Origin: Amoebidium appalachense
Taxonomy: Eukaryota; Protista; Ichthyosporea
DNA: 64,000 nt
Reading direction: 5' to 3'
Assembly (NCBI GenBank): GCA_963693365.1
Contig: CAVNZM010000003.1
Coordinates: 15,477,675 to 15,541,674 of the forward strand
Shown here: one piece after another, positions 1 through 23,440 of the stretch
How the letters are laid out: each line of letters opens with the position of its first letter
Numbering within the stretch: position 1 is the stretch's first letter
Program-made: the position numbers and the translations under genes
Notes under the pieces: generated by a model
What the model was told of the DNA's origin: nothing
What the model saw: the letters and a program-made list of their open reading frames with translations, nothing else
The model's database searches: none

Positions 1-319
1 AGCTAGCGCTTGTGCTACGGCAAGGCCTATGCCACTTGTCGACCCGGTGACTAGCGCCGTTTTACCTCTTAGTGTGCCCATAGTGGTGGTGGGTGTGGTG
101 GTAGGCATGTTCAAATTCCCTGCCGCACGGTGGTGAAGAGGTAATTGGAAAGGAAAACCACCGGAGTAATAGCAGTCTAAACACAGAATGACTTGGTGCA
201 AACACAACAATGCTTGTCTGGTGTTTTCCTTCAGCCTGTTGACCTTCTAGACCCTTCCACCACAGGCTTCCTCGACAAAAAAAAGAGTTGGGCCATAAAA
301 CGGAGCCATGATCATCAGC

Positions 320-706
320 TGTGACGTCAGGCAGAGGCATCCGATTGGTCCTCCTTATGCAAACATGCCTAAATATGGTTTATCGTGTTTCGATCTTGGC
401 GCCTTTTTTTTTTTTGAGCCGGGCCGCTCCGGATCAAGGCCTCCTCTAGAGCCAGCGAGCGAGATCTCTAGAGAGAGAGGGAGAGAGAGAGAGAGAGAAG
501 ATAGTGCGTGTGTGTGTGCGTGTGACGGCCTCGGGAGAGGCCCTAATGAAACGGTGACAGAGAGCTCTCGAGAACAAACGGGTTTGATGCTAAGCTAGTT
601 TGTCACCGCTGGTGTTCCTACTGAGTGGCTAGGCAGCTTTCCTTTCTTGGGGCTTTGAGCACAAACCAAACGCGATCCGTACCGCCTCCTTATATACCTG
701 ACAACC
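320..706. promoter_or_regulatory. Putative PSMG1 upstream region with CRE and CCAAT motifs
   Basis: TGACGTCA at 322-329 and reverse CCAAT at 344-348, upstream of the ATG at 707. Motif match only. Confidence 0.25.
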
Positions 707-9617
<8,911 letters not shown>

Positions 9618-9844
9618 ACGGGACACACTGACACACGTGTCTACGTGTGAGAGGGAAGACACGTGTGCATCACGCATCACGGGTTTAGCCGCGCGCTTCC
9701 TAATAACTTTGTTTGTTGTTTGACAGTCAGTGTGCGAAGGTTTTTTGTTTTTAGTTTTTGTAAAATATTGTTTGCGATGTGCATCCTTTTTTTTTTTTTT
9801 TTTGGATGGGGTTCGGGGTGAGGGTGGGGTGGGGAGGGAGGGAG

Positions 9845-9914
<70 letters not shown>

Positions 9915-10645
9915 GGAGATGAAAAGTTCCATGTAAAAGGTCAATTTCTCGTTGTAGTATAGCTTTGTTGGGATAGAGAGAGTTTTGCCATATATGCCTC
10001 ACGGTTTTAACTCCTGTCATGTTTGAATTTGGCCAGTGACCCAAATTTGGCGGGAGGGAGCGGCTGCCGACTTTTTAAGTAAATTGATGATCAGCATGGG
10101 ACCCTCACGGCACGAACATAGGTACTTGAAAGTGATTGAGATGAGTTTGACATAAACTCTCATGCACGGTATGCTAAGGGGTAAACAACGGTTGTCTCAG
10201 TGGGTGTAATGATCCCAATATCTACCTCCCGGCACCCATCAAATCTGAGATCTCCGCCCTCGAAAATCCCCCTCCTCACCCCTCCTTGCCCCCCTTAATT
10301 ATTGGGGAGTCTGCACATGTAGGTATGCGTCAAGGCTAGGGATTCATAAGTTATAAAAGCGCAGGTTTAGAACTGGGTTTTTCCAAACATTCGGGATCGG
10401 TAGCACAAACCTAGCAGTTTAACCCCATGCATCCGGCGACTTGTTGAATGTTTCCAAGGTCACGAATCTTTAATTAAACGTAATCCACCCGAATAAAAGT
10501 CACCTATAATATTGTTGTACATGTGCAGACGCTTTGGTCAAAGCTCACTAATGCTGGCCAAGTTACTAGTCACACGACATCGAGCCCCATTGTTAGAGCG
10601 GTTTAGACCCCAACCAGGATTGACGTGGCTCCCCCATGACTTATA

Positions 10646-10677
<32 letters not shown>

Positions 10678-10695
10678 GGGGGGGAGGGGGGGGAA

Positions 10696-11040
10696 GGGAA
10701 CCCCAACTAATTGATTTTTCTTCTCGTAGCTTTGGCTTTTTCAGTTCTATTGGTGGTTATGTAGCCTGTGGCTGAACGGATCAATAAACCCGATCAAAAG
10801 AAGAAATTTGTTTTTCTTAGTCTTTATGGTGTCTCGTAGAGAAAGTAAACCGGGGGCTTACGCTGTTTACTCGAGGCAAAGAGAGACCAGTCTCAGGTAT
10901 GGGGGGTTTTTGCTCGGAAAATCCCCTCAGCAGTGTATCATGATCACGTACATAGATGTCGGGTGATGACTATATATCAGGGTTTACTTTCTCTACGAGA
11001 CACCATAAAGACCAAGAAAAATCAAGTAGTTGGGGTTCCC
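10696..11040. mobile_element. Foldback/MITE-like element with nested inverted repeats
   Basis: Outer inverted repeat 10696-10722/11014-11040; inner ~44-bp inverted repeat 10808-10851/10981-11025. Confidence 0.65.
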
Positions 11041-11061
11041 CGTTTTTTTTTTTTTTTTTTT

Positions 11062-11106
<45 letters not shown>

Positions 11107-11134
11107 CTCCCCTTGGACACTCGGTATCAGCTGG

Positions 11135-11199
<65 letters not shown>

Positions 11200-11213
11200 C
11201 GCGTGCGCGTGCG

Positions 11214-13559
11214 CTAGAATTTTGTAATGATGTGTTTCTCAAGCCAATCAATACATCTAATAAACAGGTCGTATTTACGCGTGTTTAGTATAAAATCAAG
11301 GATGTTGTAATTTACAGGTAGGCTATCTTTCTGGGTGTCTGTTGTGAATGTGACGTGTGTGTGTTGCGGTATTATGTGGTCTATCAAACTACATTTGGCG
11401 ATACATGACCGTTTAAACTGGTGTGTGTGTGTGTTGTTTGGGCATGCAAACGATGCCACCTTATACTTATTAGATCTCAGGGGCCACTGTATAGCAAGTG
11501 TACAGTAAAAGCGTGGTAATTGATCAATAATACCATCAGCTAGAGAAAGACCAGTTCTACAGGAAGGTACTGATATGTATTTAGGTGTTATACATTTGCG
11601 AGTGCCATATTTGGCAATATGGTTAAGGCAGTCATTATATATAAAACGAGACATAAGGCTTAGTTTTTCAAGGTGTCTGCTTTCATCGGGTCTAGTGTCG
11701 TGTGGTATCTTTTTCCATTTGTTATATTGCGTGACTATCTTGTGGTTGTGTCATGACATGTTTAATAAGTAAGTGGCAGTCCAAAGTCACACGCACACTT
11801 TTGCGGGGTTCATTTGTATTTGTGCCCGGGAGAGAAGGAGAGAGAGAGGGAAGGAAAGAGGGGAGAGGTGAGGAGGGGACAGGTCGGATAGAGAAGAGAG
11901 GGTGGAAGGGCAAATACTTCTTTAAGCGGCTTATGTGCTTATTGAATTTCAGCGCGAGATGGGATACTCTAGCAGCTATTGGGACCAGACTATATATCGA
12001 GAGCGTTACAGGCCCAGGTTTACAACAGTTGTTAGATAGAAAGGAGGCAACTTCTGCTTCAAGGAAATTTGCCAAGGGTTTAAGCGCTCTAGTTCTCTCT
12101 TTCTTGATCCAAGCGGCGAGAAGGGGTAAACCATATTCACATGCCGGGAAGACAAAAGTGCGAATAAATGTAAGTCGAATAGAAGGATGGAGGGGTGTGT
12201 CTTTAAAAATATTAGCCGAGAAGAAAGCTAACCGCCTACGAGCCAACTCTACCCTCTTTTCGACCATATGGGAAAACATAACACCAACAGAATTAACCGG
12301 AACACCAAGATATATGTATTCTGGAACTATAGGTACAGGTTTAGATGATAATGTAAATGTGTGTAAATGGTTAGCTATATCAGGTACAAGAACACCACAT
12401 TTGTCTATGTTAAGGATCATAACGTTTGCCTTGCACCACTCTGACACTACATCGAACAATCTTTGTAGGCGTCTAGCTAGGGGTACGGGCAAGGAGGGAC
12501 AGATCATCAGCATAGAGAAGTGCAGGCGGAAAGTTAATAATAGGGTCATCATTTTCGGCATAAATCTTGACAGCCAAATCATCTATAAATAGGTTAAACA
12601 AAAAGGGGCTAAGCAATGAACCCTGCAAGAGACCTCTAGTACGAGCAAAACCATATGAAAGATGCCCATTAACCACAGCTCTACCATAGGTTTGAGACAA
12701 GAGTGCTTCTAACAGAACACCAATGCAGTGTGGTACACCCCGTGCAGCAAGCTTTTCCCATAGGAGACCAGGGGAGACAGAATCGTAAGCAGTTTTCCAA
12801 TCAATAAAGCCAACATATCGTGCACCAACTTGCATAGAATCGTGCAGTGCCATTATTTGAACATAACATGAATTGTTTTTACGAAAAGCGGATTGGCATG
12901 GGTGTATGTGAAGAATAGATTGAAACCTAGGATGATGTGCAAATAACCTAAGTAAGCAAGCTTCAAAGAATCTACGAACAACCTGGGTTAGTGTAATGGG
13001 GCGGAAGGATGATATGGGGCCCTCAGAGTCCTTCTTAACTATGGGGATCACTAAGGTATCTAACCAAGATGACGGGACATGTCCACATTTAACACACCAA
13101 GAAAAGAGAGAGCTTAACATGATAGTAAGATCAGGTTTAATAGCACGATCACTTTCCTTTTGTAAGTAGGAGGGAACAAGGATTTTAAGAAACCCAGCAG
13201 GGAGTCCATCAGGTCCACAAGACTTACTAGAGCTATAACTAGATATCACAGACCATATGGCATCGGGACTGAAAAAGGGGAGGATCGGTTCTATGGGGAT
13301 AGATGGGTTTACTAGGTTTCTGAGCGGGGGTCCTATCTTTAAACAGTTCCCAGAAATACTTATCAGAGTCTATGAGGGGGTCTCCAGTGGTATCGCCAAT
13401 CATACGAGCAGGGGGGCCAAATCGATTCATACTAGCAAGCCGGCGCAAGCTTTCCTTTTGAGACAGGGGCTCACCAAAATCGACCGTGTGCGCTATAGAG
13501 GGGCATCTGAGAGCAAGGCTGGGGTGACCCACAGTTGGTGGCCAAACCGCGCGGTTCAA
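11214..13559 (-). mobile_element. 5'-truncated, frameshifted non-LTR (LINE) retrotransposon: RT plus Cys-containing C-terminus
   Basis: Consecutive ORFs 13239-13559, 12473-13249 (GPDG, FRPITL, QSAF, DWKTAYDSV, GLLQGSLLSPFLFN, YADD), 11722-12582 (KCGVL, YIYLGV thumb region) and 11214-11654 (CP...FKRSC..C...DFILN). No endonuclease domain visible. Confidence 0.9.
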
Positions 13560-14517
13560 CTCTGAGCAACAACTGCTGCATTCTTTAGGGTGCCGTATGA
13601 ACCAATCAGTTTATAGCCACTGCTCAATGTGTTGATATAAGTTACAGAGGCCAGCCAATCAGCAGTCACGTTTTTTAACACAATTGCTTGAAACCGCCTT
13701 TTGTGGTCATAGCAAAAGCCACAGAAAAAAAGCACTCTCTCTTTATATTTTCATGATGATTCTTTGACTGTGTTTGGAAATGGGTGTAATGGCCACCAAA
13801 CCGTAGAAAATCTCAGAGTGTTGCAGTTTACTTATTGGTCACGTGAAGTCATCAAGTTGATTGGTTGCCTGAGCCTACCAATAGGGGATAAGTAAAAAAA
13901 ATGGGATGAGCGCCGGACCCCGGCCCCGGGCCATGTAAGCTACATTTGAGAAGTTGTTTATTTGATACACATTATATATTATTTTATTTCCTTGTTTTTG
14001 GTTTACTAAAGGAGTATGCCTGTAGATATTTTCTTAGGCTTCCCATGGTATGTTCAGCGGCCCAGCTGGAACCAGGGCGCTAAGCATCGGCAATACAACG
14101 AATCCTCGTTATCCAATGGTACACAAGGAATAAAACAATCATGCTCTACTACTCAGCTATCTTAAAAAGTTGTTGTAATCCTATAACCATTGCCTTACAG
14201 CTGATGTTTTGAATTGCAGGTAAAATAGAGCTTCATTTTTAAAAAATATTTTTACTATGTTGTTTTTACTCTCTTGTATACTCTATTATCTTTGGGATTA
14301 CATTATCTAAAAAAATAAAAATCCGAGGCTTGGCATTCATAAACCTTCTCCTAACAAATCACGCATGCCTATCACCATCTAAAGAAATCGTGTGAGCCTG
14401 ATAGCAGCGGAAAAAGCACAACACCAGTTTCACACCGACAGACCCTCGCAACCCGGCAGCTGTTCAGCCAACCTTTAATCTTTGCTACTCATCTTTTCTG
14501 AGGGAAAGAACATCACG

Positions 14518-16276
14518 ATGGCTGATCGTAAGTGCCACCTCTAGGCTATAGTTTAATTTGTTCTGTTACGGTTCCTAGGCCAAACATTGGATATACCACG
14601 GTTACACGGAGAAGCTGAAGCCTCCGTGAGAAACCTTGGAGTGTGTTCTCAAACATACTCAAACTCTTTGTCCGCCTGGTAGACAAGGCTCTAAAACGGC
14701 TGTCCATTCTTCCCCTTTGCATTTGCCATTGCCTGTTTTGCAAGATCTGACAGAAAAACCCTACGCAGAGGCTGCCGAATCGACCGTCGCCATGACGCAG
14801 CAGATTGCCAAGCAGAACAGTCTGCTGAAGGACTTCATTGCTGGTGCCTGCCCCTGCCCCTCCCCTATCCCCCTCCCTCTCCCCCCCCCCTCCTCCCCCT
14901 CCCCCCCCCTCCTCCCCCACGCCCCACCCCTCCTCCCCCCCCATCCCCTCCCCCCCCCCCCCCCCCACCTCCCCCCTCCCCCCGTTATCCCTCCTGGTTA
15001 GCCTAGCCACCAACTCTTACACCATCATTACCGCCACCAACGTAAACTTCCCCTTGCTCTTCCTTAGGCAACCCCTGCTTCGTTGCCCCTCCCCTCCCCC
15101 CCCTATCCCCCACCCCCACCCCGATCTCACTCCCATTCCTTAGTGGAAACACTACTACCACCACTACAGCCCTTCGCTATGTTCCCTAATGTCATCTTCT
15201 GCTCCCCTTCCCCCCGCCCTCAGACACCCTTGCCCCCCACACCCTTCCCCCCCCCCCCCCCCCCCTTCCCGTTTCTGTGGTACCCCCTCACCCCCCACAC
15301 TCCCTACCCCCCCCCCCTTCCCCCCAAATGATAAGCCTCCCGCACCCCCCACCTTCCGCCCCACAACTTTCAGCCGTCCCTTCCCCCCCCCTCCACCCCT
15401 CAATGAACCCCCTCCCCCCCCCCCGTTTCGCCAAGCCCGCCTCTCCTTACCGGTGCACATTATTTAATACACATGCACACAGTGGTGAACCGCGGGACCA
15501 TATAGGTGCATGCCCCGTGTGGACAGCTGCTTGCCTTGTCCAAAACAACGTTTTCTTCAAAACTGGCGCTCTTCCCTGTCCCCCTCCCCCTCCCCCCCCC
15601 CCCTCCAAAAAAAAACAAACAAACACCACCACCACCACCACCATCGCCACCACCACCAAACTCAACTTTTTATTCTCCTATAATCCTCACCATGGATACT
15701 TCCCCTTTATGAGACCCCCCCCCCCCCCCCCCCTCCCCCCGCGCCCCCCTCCCCCCCCCCCCCCCCCTCTCTCCCTCGATCCTCCCAATACCTCCTATCC
15801 TCCCAGTCCCGGTCCAACCACCCCCCTCCTCCCCCCTCCCCTCTCCCCCCCTCCTCCCCCCCCCCTCTCTTAGTAGTCATCCCCCTGGTGTCCATCACCA
15901 CATAACTCACACACACACACACACACAGGGGGTGTTGGAGGTGTGTGCCTTGTGTTTGTGGGTCACCCCCTTGACACGGTCAAAGTCAAGATCCAGACCA
16001 TGGAGGTCAAGCCGGGCCAGGAGCCACCATTCAAGGGTACGTGCGTGTGTGTGTGTGTGTGCCCTATGCCATGCATACTCTGTGTGTGCCCTATTCCATG
16101 CATACTCTGTGTGTGCCCTATTCCATGCATACTCTGTGTGTGCTGTGGTGTGTGGTTGGTTTCAATGCTGCACATGTGTGTCCTTGCGTGTGGCTCGTTC
16201 TTCCCTCCCCCCCCCCCCCCCCCCCCCCCGGGGCTTCCCCCCCGCTCCTGCTTTCCCCCTATCCCTTGACCTCCAA

Positions 16277-16311
<35 letters not shown>

Positions 16312-16601
16312 AACATATCCCGTGTCCCCTTTATTACTAACAACATGGCTAGATTAGTGGCTGTAAACTCTAAAATGTCGGAATATGCGGCTGGGGAGGG
16401 TGATTGAATCGGAACGGGGCGGGAAATATGCTGTTTATTAACGACATGTAGGTGAGTTGTGAGGTGGGGTGGGCGGGAGAGGGAGGGGAGGGGGGAGAAG
16501 GGAAGAGGGATCTTGGGGAACGTGATTCAAAGGTTGGGTTGTTTGGGGGGGTGGGGGGTGGGGAGGGGGGCTTAAAGTTGGTGTGTGTTTGTGGGGTGTG
16601 T

Positions 16602-16657
<56 letters not shown>

Positions 16658-17556
16658 GCAGGCAGGCAGGCAGGTTTGGGAGAGTGTTTTTGCTGTCTTT
16701 CTGTTTGCTTAGCAACCAAGCCCACATCTTGAATAATCCTGAAACCCCCACCACCCCACTAGCCGTCAACCATTTCCACCCATCCTTATCGTGCTAACCC
16801 TTCCCCCCCCCCCCCCCCCCTCCCTTTTTCATCAAGACATTCACATCCAAACACATTCTTGTTATCTGGTTCCTTAACCCTCCCCACCCCCCTCCCCCCC
16901 CCCCCCCCCCCCCCCCCACCCTCCCGCTCTCCCTCCCGCCATTCACTTCTCCACACGTCCCACCACCTTAACACAAGACCGTCCATTCTTCTCCCCCTCT
17001 CCCCTCCCGCTTCACCCTACACACGCACACACACATCCTAAACCCCTTCCCCCCTCTCCCCCCCGCCAAAGCACCACAAACGCCTCTTTCCTCTTTGTTC
17101 TTCCTTCCGTTTCCTCCATTATCCTATCCCCCTACCCTCCCCCACCCCCCCCCCCCCCCCCACCCCCCCCCCTACCCTTTTTTTTTTTCCCCCTCGATGA
17201 TCCAATGTATAACGTGTGTCCCCTCGTGTCGCCCGCACACCCATGATGAGCAACACCAACTTAGACCTTAAATCCCTGCAGGCACATGGGACTGCATCCG
17301 CAAGACGGTGGCCAAGGATGGGGTTAAGGGGCTGTACCGGGGCATGGCTGCACCCATAGTGGGTGTAACCCCCATGTATGCCCTGTGCTTCTTTGGCTAC
17401 GGTGTGGGCAAGAAGATATTCTGCAAGGACGACACGTTCCAGGTGGGTGTGAAACGTGCAGACGTATGTGTATGTTTTTATGCACATGTGCATGCACATG
17501 TCTACATCTAGATGCACACACACTTACATGTGCGCATAACAGCACACACACACATA

Positions 17557-17591
<35 letters not shown>

Positions 17592-18569
17592 AAACAAGCA
17601 GAAACAAACTGACATATTCATCTTGCTTCCTGCCCCCTCCCCTCCCCCTTTCCCCAAGGCCACCTTACCTCCTTGCCTCTGTGCTGCCTCCCTGACCCCA
17701 TTACATGTGTCCCACCTTTACCTCGGCAAGGAACACCCCCCTCCAACTCCCCAATCCCTGCATTCCCTCCCTTTCCCCCCACCACCTCACCCCCAAGGCT
17801 TGGGGCTTTTCCTGAGGATGTACGCTACTTATGATGCTAACTCTGAGCCAATGGGTTCTTTTTAAACAGTCTGTATTGTGTCGTGCCGCTCAACTTGGAC
17901 TGTGTTGTCTGCTGTGAATGTGTACCTAACATTCTGCAGCACACCCGTATCCCCCCCCCCCCCCCCCCCTCCCCCCCTTCAACTCCATTCAGCTTCCCCC
18001 CCCCCCCCCCCCACTCTTCAACCCGTTTAGCCCCCCCCCCCCCCCCTTCCCTCCCCCCCCTTAACTAATTAGCCGCTCCTTACCCTCCCCCCCCAGAACC
18101 TCAACAACGACTCTCTCCTGCGCATTGCTGCTGCCGGCGCCACGTCCGGTGTGTTCACTACCCCCATATTGGCCCCGGGAGAGAGGCTCAAGTGCTCACT
18201 GCAGGTGGGTGGGTGGGTGGTTGTGGGGGGAAGGGGGGGGGGGAGGGGGGAGGGGCAGGTGTGCGTGTGTGTGTCTGTTAAGGGAGAAAGACGATGTGGG
18301 GTGTTTGTGTGTGAGGGGGAGGGGGGGGAGGAAGGGAGCTAAGCGCTCGCTTTGTTATGAATTATGAACTAATTGTTCTTTTTTGTTCTAAGTGGAGGGG
18401 GGATGTGGGACGGATGGGTGGAGGGGTATGGGGAAGAAATAAAAAGAGAAGAATACTGTGCATGAATGGGTTAAGGAAAACTTATATAATGTTCTTTTCT
18501 GTGGCAAGTTTTCAAGGTGTGATATAAAAGGTATTTGTGTTTGAAGAGGGGGGGGGGGGGGGGGAGAGA

Positions 18570-18608
<39 letters not shown>

Positions 18609-18745
18609 AGGAGGTTGAGTTATGGTTGGACTTGTTTATTGGGCTGAGGAAGAGGGGATTTGTGTGCAAGGGCAAGGGCGAGGAAAGGTTCCGTATGAGG
18701 CGCTTGTTTCGGGCTGGATGGCAAAGGGAGTTAGGATGTGTGTGT

Positions 18746-18791
<46 letters not shown>

Positions 18792-18990
18792 GCATTGAAT
18801 AATAGCAATGGGGGGATATGGGGACACGTAGGCAGTGTGCTGACATGTATGGGTGTGTGCAGGTGCAAACCATCGACCCGGTGACTGGTAAGCCGCAGTA
18901 CACTGGCTCCATCGACTGTGCTAAGAAGCTATACAAGGAGGTACGGTACTTGAAAAGACTCCTATATACCCCCCCCCCCCCCCCCCAACT

Positions 18991-19053
<63 letters not shown>

Positions 19054-19494
19054 CCCCTCCTACCACCACCACTTCCACCACCCACTAGCACTCTCTTCCC
19101 CCATACACACACACACACCACACACTTTCAAACCCCACAACCTTTCCTACCTCCACCACCCACTCACACGCTCGTATCTGTGTTGTCCGTCGGGAATGTG
19201 TGCTTCTTCCCCTCCCACCCCACATCATCCTCTCTCTCCCTCGCTTCCTCGGTCCCGGCATGCACCTTATGGTCCGCAGACACAATTGCACCTCAAATCA
19301 TCCCCCCCTCCCCCATCTGCCCCATACCCCCCAAGATGGTTGGGGGTATGTTTGTGCCTGCCTGCTCTCGGTTTCTTTTTTTTCTGCTTGCGTTTGATGA
19401 CTTCACCACCCTATAATGCCCCCCCTAACTCCCCTCGCTCCCCGGTTAAGACACACACACACACACACACACCTACATTGCGATCACAAAACCG

Positions 19495-19532
<38 letters not shown>

Positions 19533-19550
19533 CCCCTTACCCCTCCCACC

Positions 19551-19594
<44 letters not shown>

Positions 19595-20617
19595 AAGCAT
19601 AATATCCTGCGTATTCTCCTCTGTGTACTTTGTTGCCACATGTTCATTGTTATGTCAGTCGTGAATGTGTATTTTCTACGCTGCAACCCAATTTAACACT
19701 CTCCCTCCCCCCTCCTCCCTCCACTCCCTCCCTTCCCCCCCCCCCAACACACACCCACAGGGTGGTCTGCGCAGTGTTAACCGCGGCTTCTGTGCCACGA
19801 TGCTCCGTGACAGTGTAGCCTCTGCCTTCTACTTCAGCACCTACGAAGTGCTCAAGCAATACTTCACCCAGCCAGGAGAGACCAAACCGGGTGTGGGTGG
19901 CACCCTTCTAGCTGGTGGCTGTGCCGGCATGTTGAACTGGGCGGCGGCACTACCAATCGACACACTCAAGTCCAAGCTGCAGACTGCGCCTGAAGGCAAG
20001 TACCCGCACGGCATCAGGAGCGTGTTTGTGCAGTTGGTCAAGACGGAGGGCTTCTTCTCTCTCTACAGGTATGTGTGCGTGTGTAATGTGTTTCATGCCC
20101 CCCCCCCCCCCCCCCCAACCCTAGATGTTGCATACTTGAATGTTTGCCTTTGCATGTGTCCTGCACCATGCTTCTCGTCGTGTATGCGTACTTCGTACCG
20201 TGTTTCGCATTCAACCCCCCCCCCCCCCCCCCCCAAACCAACCAACCAACCAAAACCACCATCACCACCACCTGTCCTGCCCAAGAAAAAAAAATCCTAG
20301 CCGTCCCGCTATCCTCCCTCTTCCCCGACGCGCCTCGATTTCTCCCTTTCAGACCGGCCCTCCTCCCTCCTTTCTTCTAAGCAACTCACCCACCTTCCCT
20401 CCCTATCCCTTGCCCCTCCTTTCTGTGCCCCCCCCTCCCCCTCCCTTCCTCTCTCCCTCACAAACCTCACCCCCTCCCCTGTATCCTTTTGTTATTTTTT
20501 TGGTTGGGCGAGGTGACCGCCTCTGTTCTCTCTATTTTGGTGCTACGACAACCCCCCCCCCCCCCCCCCCCCCCCGGTCAAGGTGGGCATGCACACACAC
20601 CCGCGCACAGACACCCG

Positions 20618-20670
<53 letters not shown>

Positions 20671-20906
20671 TGCCCCCCTTCCTCCCCCCCCCCCCCCCCC
20701 CCCCCCCCCTCCTTTTTTTCTTTTTTTTTTGCACTATTCTGTCAAGGAACTGAATCTAGCGCACACGTTGTGACTGCACCCCACTTACGCAACCACCACA
20801 CAGGGGGTTTGCACCCGTGATGCTGCGTGCCTTCCCGGCCAATGCCGCATGCTTCCTGGGCTTTGAGACAGCGGTTAAGGTGCTGGACTACATGGGTGTG
20901 CCTTAG
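14518..20906 (+). CDS. SLC25A20: Mitochondrial carnitine/acylcarnitine carrier (SLC25 family), 8 exons, ~316 aa
   Basis: Exons 14518-14527, 14769-14843, 15929-16036, 17282-17442, 18097-18204, 18863-18940, 19761-20068, 20804-20906; 951 nt, all GT-AG. Three carrier signatures ([22 protein letters not shown]) and CACT-type motifs [18 protein letters not shown] and [14 protein letters not shown]. Confidence 0.93.
16055..16142. repeat. ~29-bp tandem repeat x3 in intron
   Basis: GTGTGTGCCCTAT(G/T)CCATGCATACTCT repeated three times. Confidence 0.75.
20124..20214 (+). mobile_element. Family A (A1) short 3' fragment in SLC25A20 intron 7
   Basis: Matches the 3' ~90 nt of 8721-8897; poly-C on both sides. 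Confidence 0.85.
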
Positions 20907-22488
20907 GTTGCCTATATATGGCATGCACCTATGCATAGGTAGTAGATGTGGGTCTCATTTCAATATATATGGTTACAACTTGCATGTGTTTACATATGGG
21001 TAGCATGTATATCATGTGCCTATATATAATAACGCGTTTATGCATCTATTCACATGGGCAGCATTTTTGTGTCTGCGCATGGGTCACACGTAGCTGGTTA
21101 TGTGCAAGACACCCACAAATGTATTGTAATTTGGTATATGTTATCTTTTCAAAGTTTCATCATATACATTCGACCTTTCTTTCAAATTTTCTAACCTTGA
21201 TTTGTGTTTATTGATCGGAGTGACTGTATGATTGCATGTATGCTGCAGCGGGATGTATGTATGGCCCATGTGGGCGTGTAGCACCATATATGGCTATTTG
21301 CAGCCATTTGCCATTGGCTCGGCTGGCCGAGTCGGACAAGAAGAAAATGGTGTGCACAGCACACCACCAACACCAAGTAGGGGAGTGCATAGATATATAT
21401 ATTGGCCATACTATTAGATATATATATTGGCACCTGCACACTGCTGTCTACGGGTGGAGCATAATCATCGGATATGGACCTCGGGAAACCCACTCTGTTA
21501 CGTGCGTGTGCATGCGCATAGCACAATGCATACAGATGTTCGAATTTGTGAAACGTGAACAGTTGTTGCCCTCCTCCCCCCCTCCGGGTTTCTGCCTTTC
21601 CTCCTCCCCTCCGCTGGATGGCACATATGCACGCGGACACACAAACACCCAAAACTAGGGCATGCTAGGATGCAAACTTGCTAATCATTAGTAGCCAAAA
21701 CTACATTCGATAACTGCACGCGCATGTGGCTAAGAGCAATAATGTTCCTGTTCAGATCTTTCGGCTACCCCCCCCCCCCCCCCACCTCCCCCCCAATAAT
21801 CCACTGGGCGGCAAAACAAGGCTTTTTCAAGTTCCTGAATCGTATATGTGGACATATCAAACAGCAGCTAAGAGGTTCAAGGCGGGTGGTTGCAACCCAC
21901 AATCACAGCCCCTTCTCTGTGCAATCCCAAGTCCTCACCACCAGTTGATCGATTGCACTGTGAGTCAGGTGACCACCCATCCATGGTAAGCATATCCTCA
22001 GTAACCCCGAAAAACTTTAAAGGTCATCCCCCAAAAAAGCAGCTGAACACCCCCCCCCCCCCCCCCCCCCCCGAGTCCCCCCCCCCCCCCCTTTTCCCCA
22101 ATCCTACCCCGCCTCCCCCCTTCCCCTCCCCGCTCCCTCCTTAGGGGTCCTCCCCCCCCCCCCCCCCCCCCCCCCCTTCCCCAATCCACCCCCCTCCCTT
22201 CAAAAACCTCCCCATCCACCCACCTTTTCACACCTGAGTCATCGACCTGTTTGGACCCGTAGTAATTAGATATTTCATGCATGAGATTGCATATGAGACC
22301 GAAATATCCGACATGGGTATCGTGATAGACTCCAGAGTGCTAATAAAAGGAAAGGGAGAATGATGTGGAGTGGTGGCACATAGTGTAGGTGGGTGGGTAC
22401 CCCCCTGGTGAGGGACGGGGGGCGGGGAGGGGGGCGGGGGGGTGGGGGGTGACCGGGGGGAGAATGGTGGGAAGGGAGGGGCGGGGGG

Positions 22489-22551
<63 letters not shown>

Positions 22552-22745
22552 TTTGTGTAAGTAGTTAACTTTGCAAACCGGGTTAGTGAATAGTTTGTGA
22601 GATGGGACCAAAGCGGTGGCTAGAAACAATCCATAAAAAATTTGCTTTTTTTTTCCACGGAACCGAAAGTGTTTCCTTTCTTTTTTCAACTTAGGGGAAG
22701 GACAATTAGGAGAGAGAGGGGAGACAGCGGCGCCAGCGCGGAGGG

Positions 22746-22778
<33 letters not shown>

Positions 22779-23353
22779 GGGAGGGGGGGGGATGTGCTAA
22801 ATTTCTAACATCTGTGCCCAGACACCTCGGATTTGGCCCAATTCTTTGATTCTGATGTCGCATTAATTTCTATATGACATGAGTTGATCCCACCCAGCAT
22901 TCTGTCCCACAATCACAGCCCCGTCCCTGTGCACTCACCACCAGCTGATTGCACTCCTATCTGTCGGGTGGCCACCCTTACAGATGCATGCTGCTATGCA
23001 TTAGCGACGGAGTGATCGTGTTTACGATAAGGTCACCCATAACAGCTGCTAAACAAAATTAACCCTGCCCTGACTGCCAGCCATTTTTCCCCGCAGACCC
23101 CTTTTGACATCTTCATCGTTAACTTTGCCTTCTTATCGTGTGACTCGGTAGCACGAAACAACGCATTACTCAGTCTGTGTGCCGGTTGAATTTTGACACC
23201 AGAGTCACACACGTATTCAACTCAGTTCATATACTAACGGTTCTGATTTTCGATTTGATAGAGCGAGACACATCATGATAGGGGATTGAATATTCGAAGA
23301 GGAGAGCGGTGGGTGACTGCCCATGGCCATGGGCGGGTGTGCGTGAGCGGGGA

Positions 23354-23440
<87 letters not shown>

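Noticed and set aside
62-340. Minus-strand ORF as exon(s) of a divergent gene
   Set aside because: A plausible donor exists at ~64, but there is no recognisable homology and the gene would run off the window.
20117-20123. Telomeric AACCCTA at a family A 5' junction
   Set aside because: A single unit in C-rich DNA, not seen at the other junctions; likely chance.
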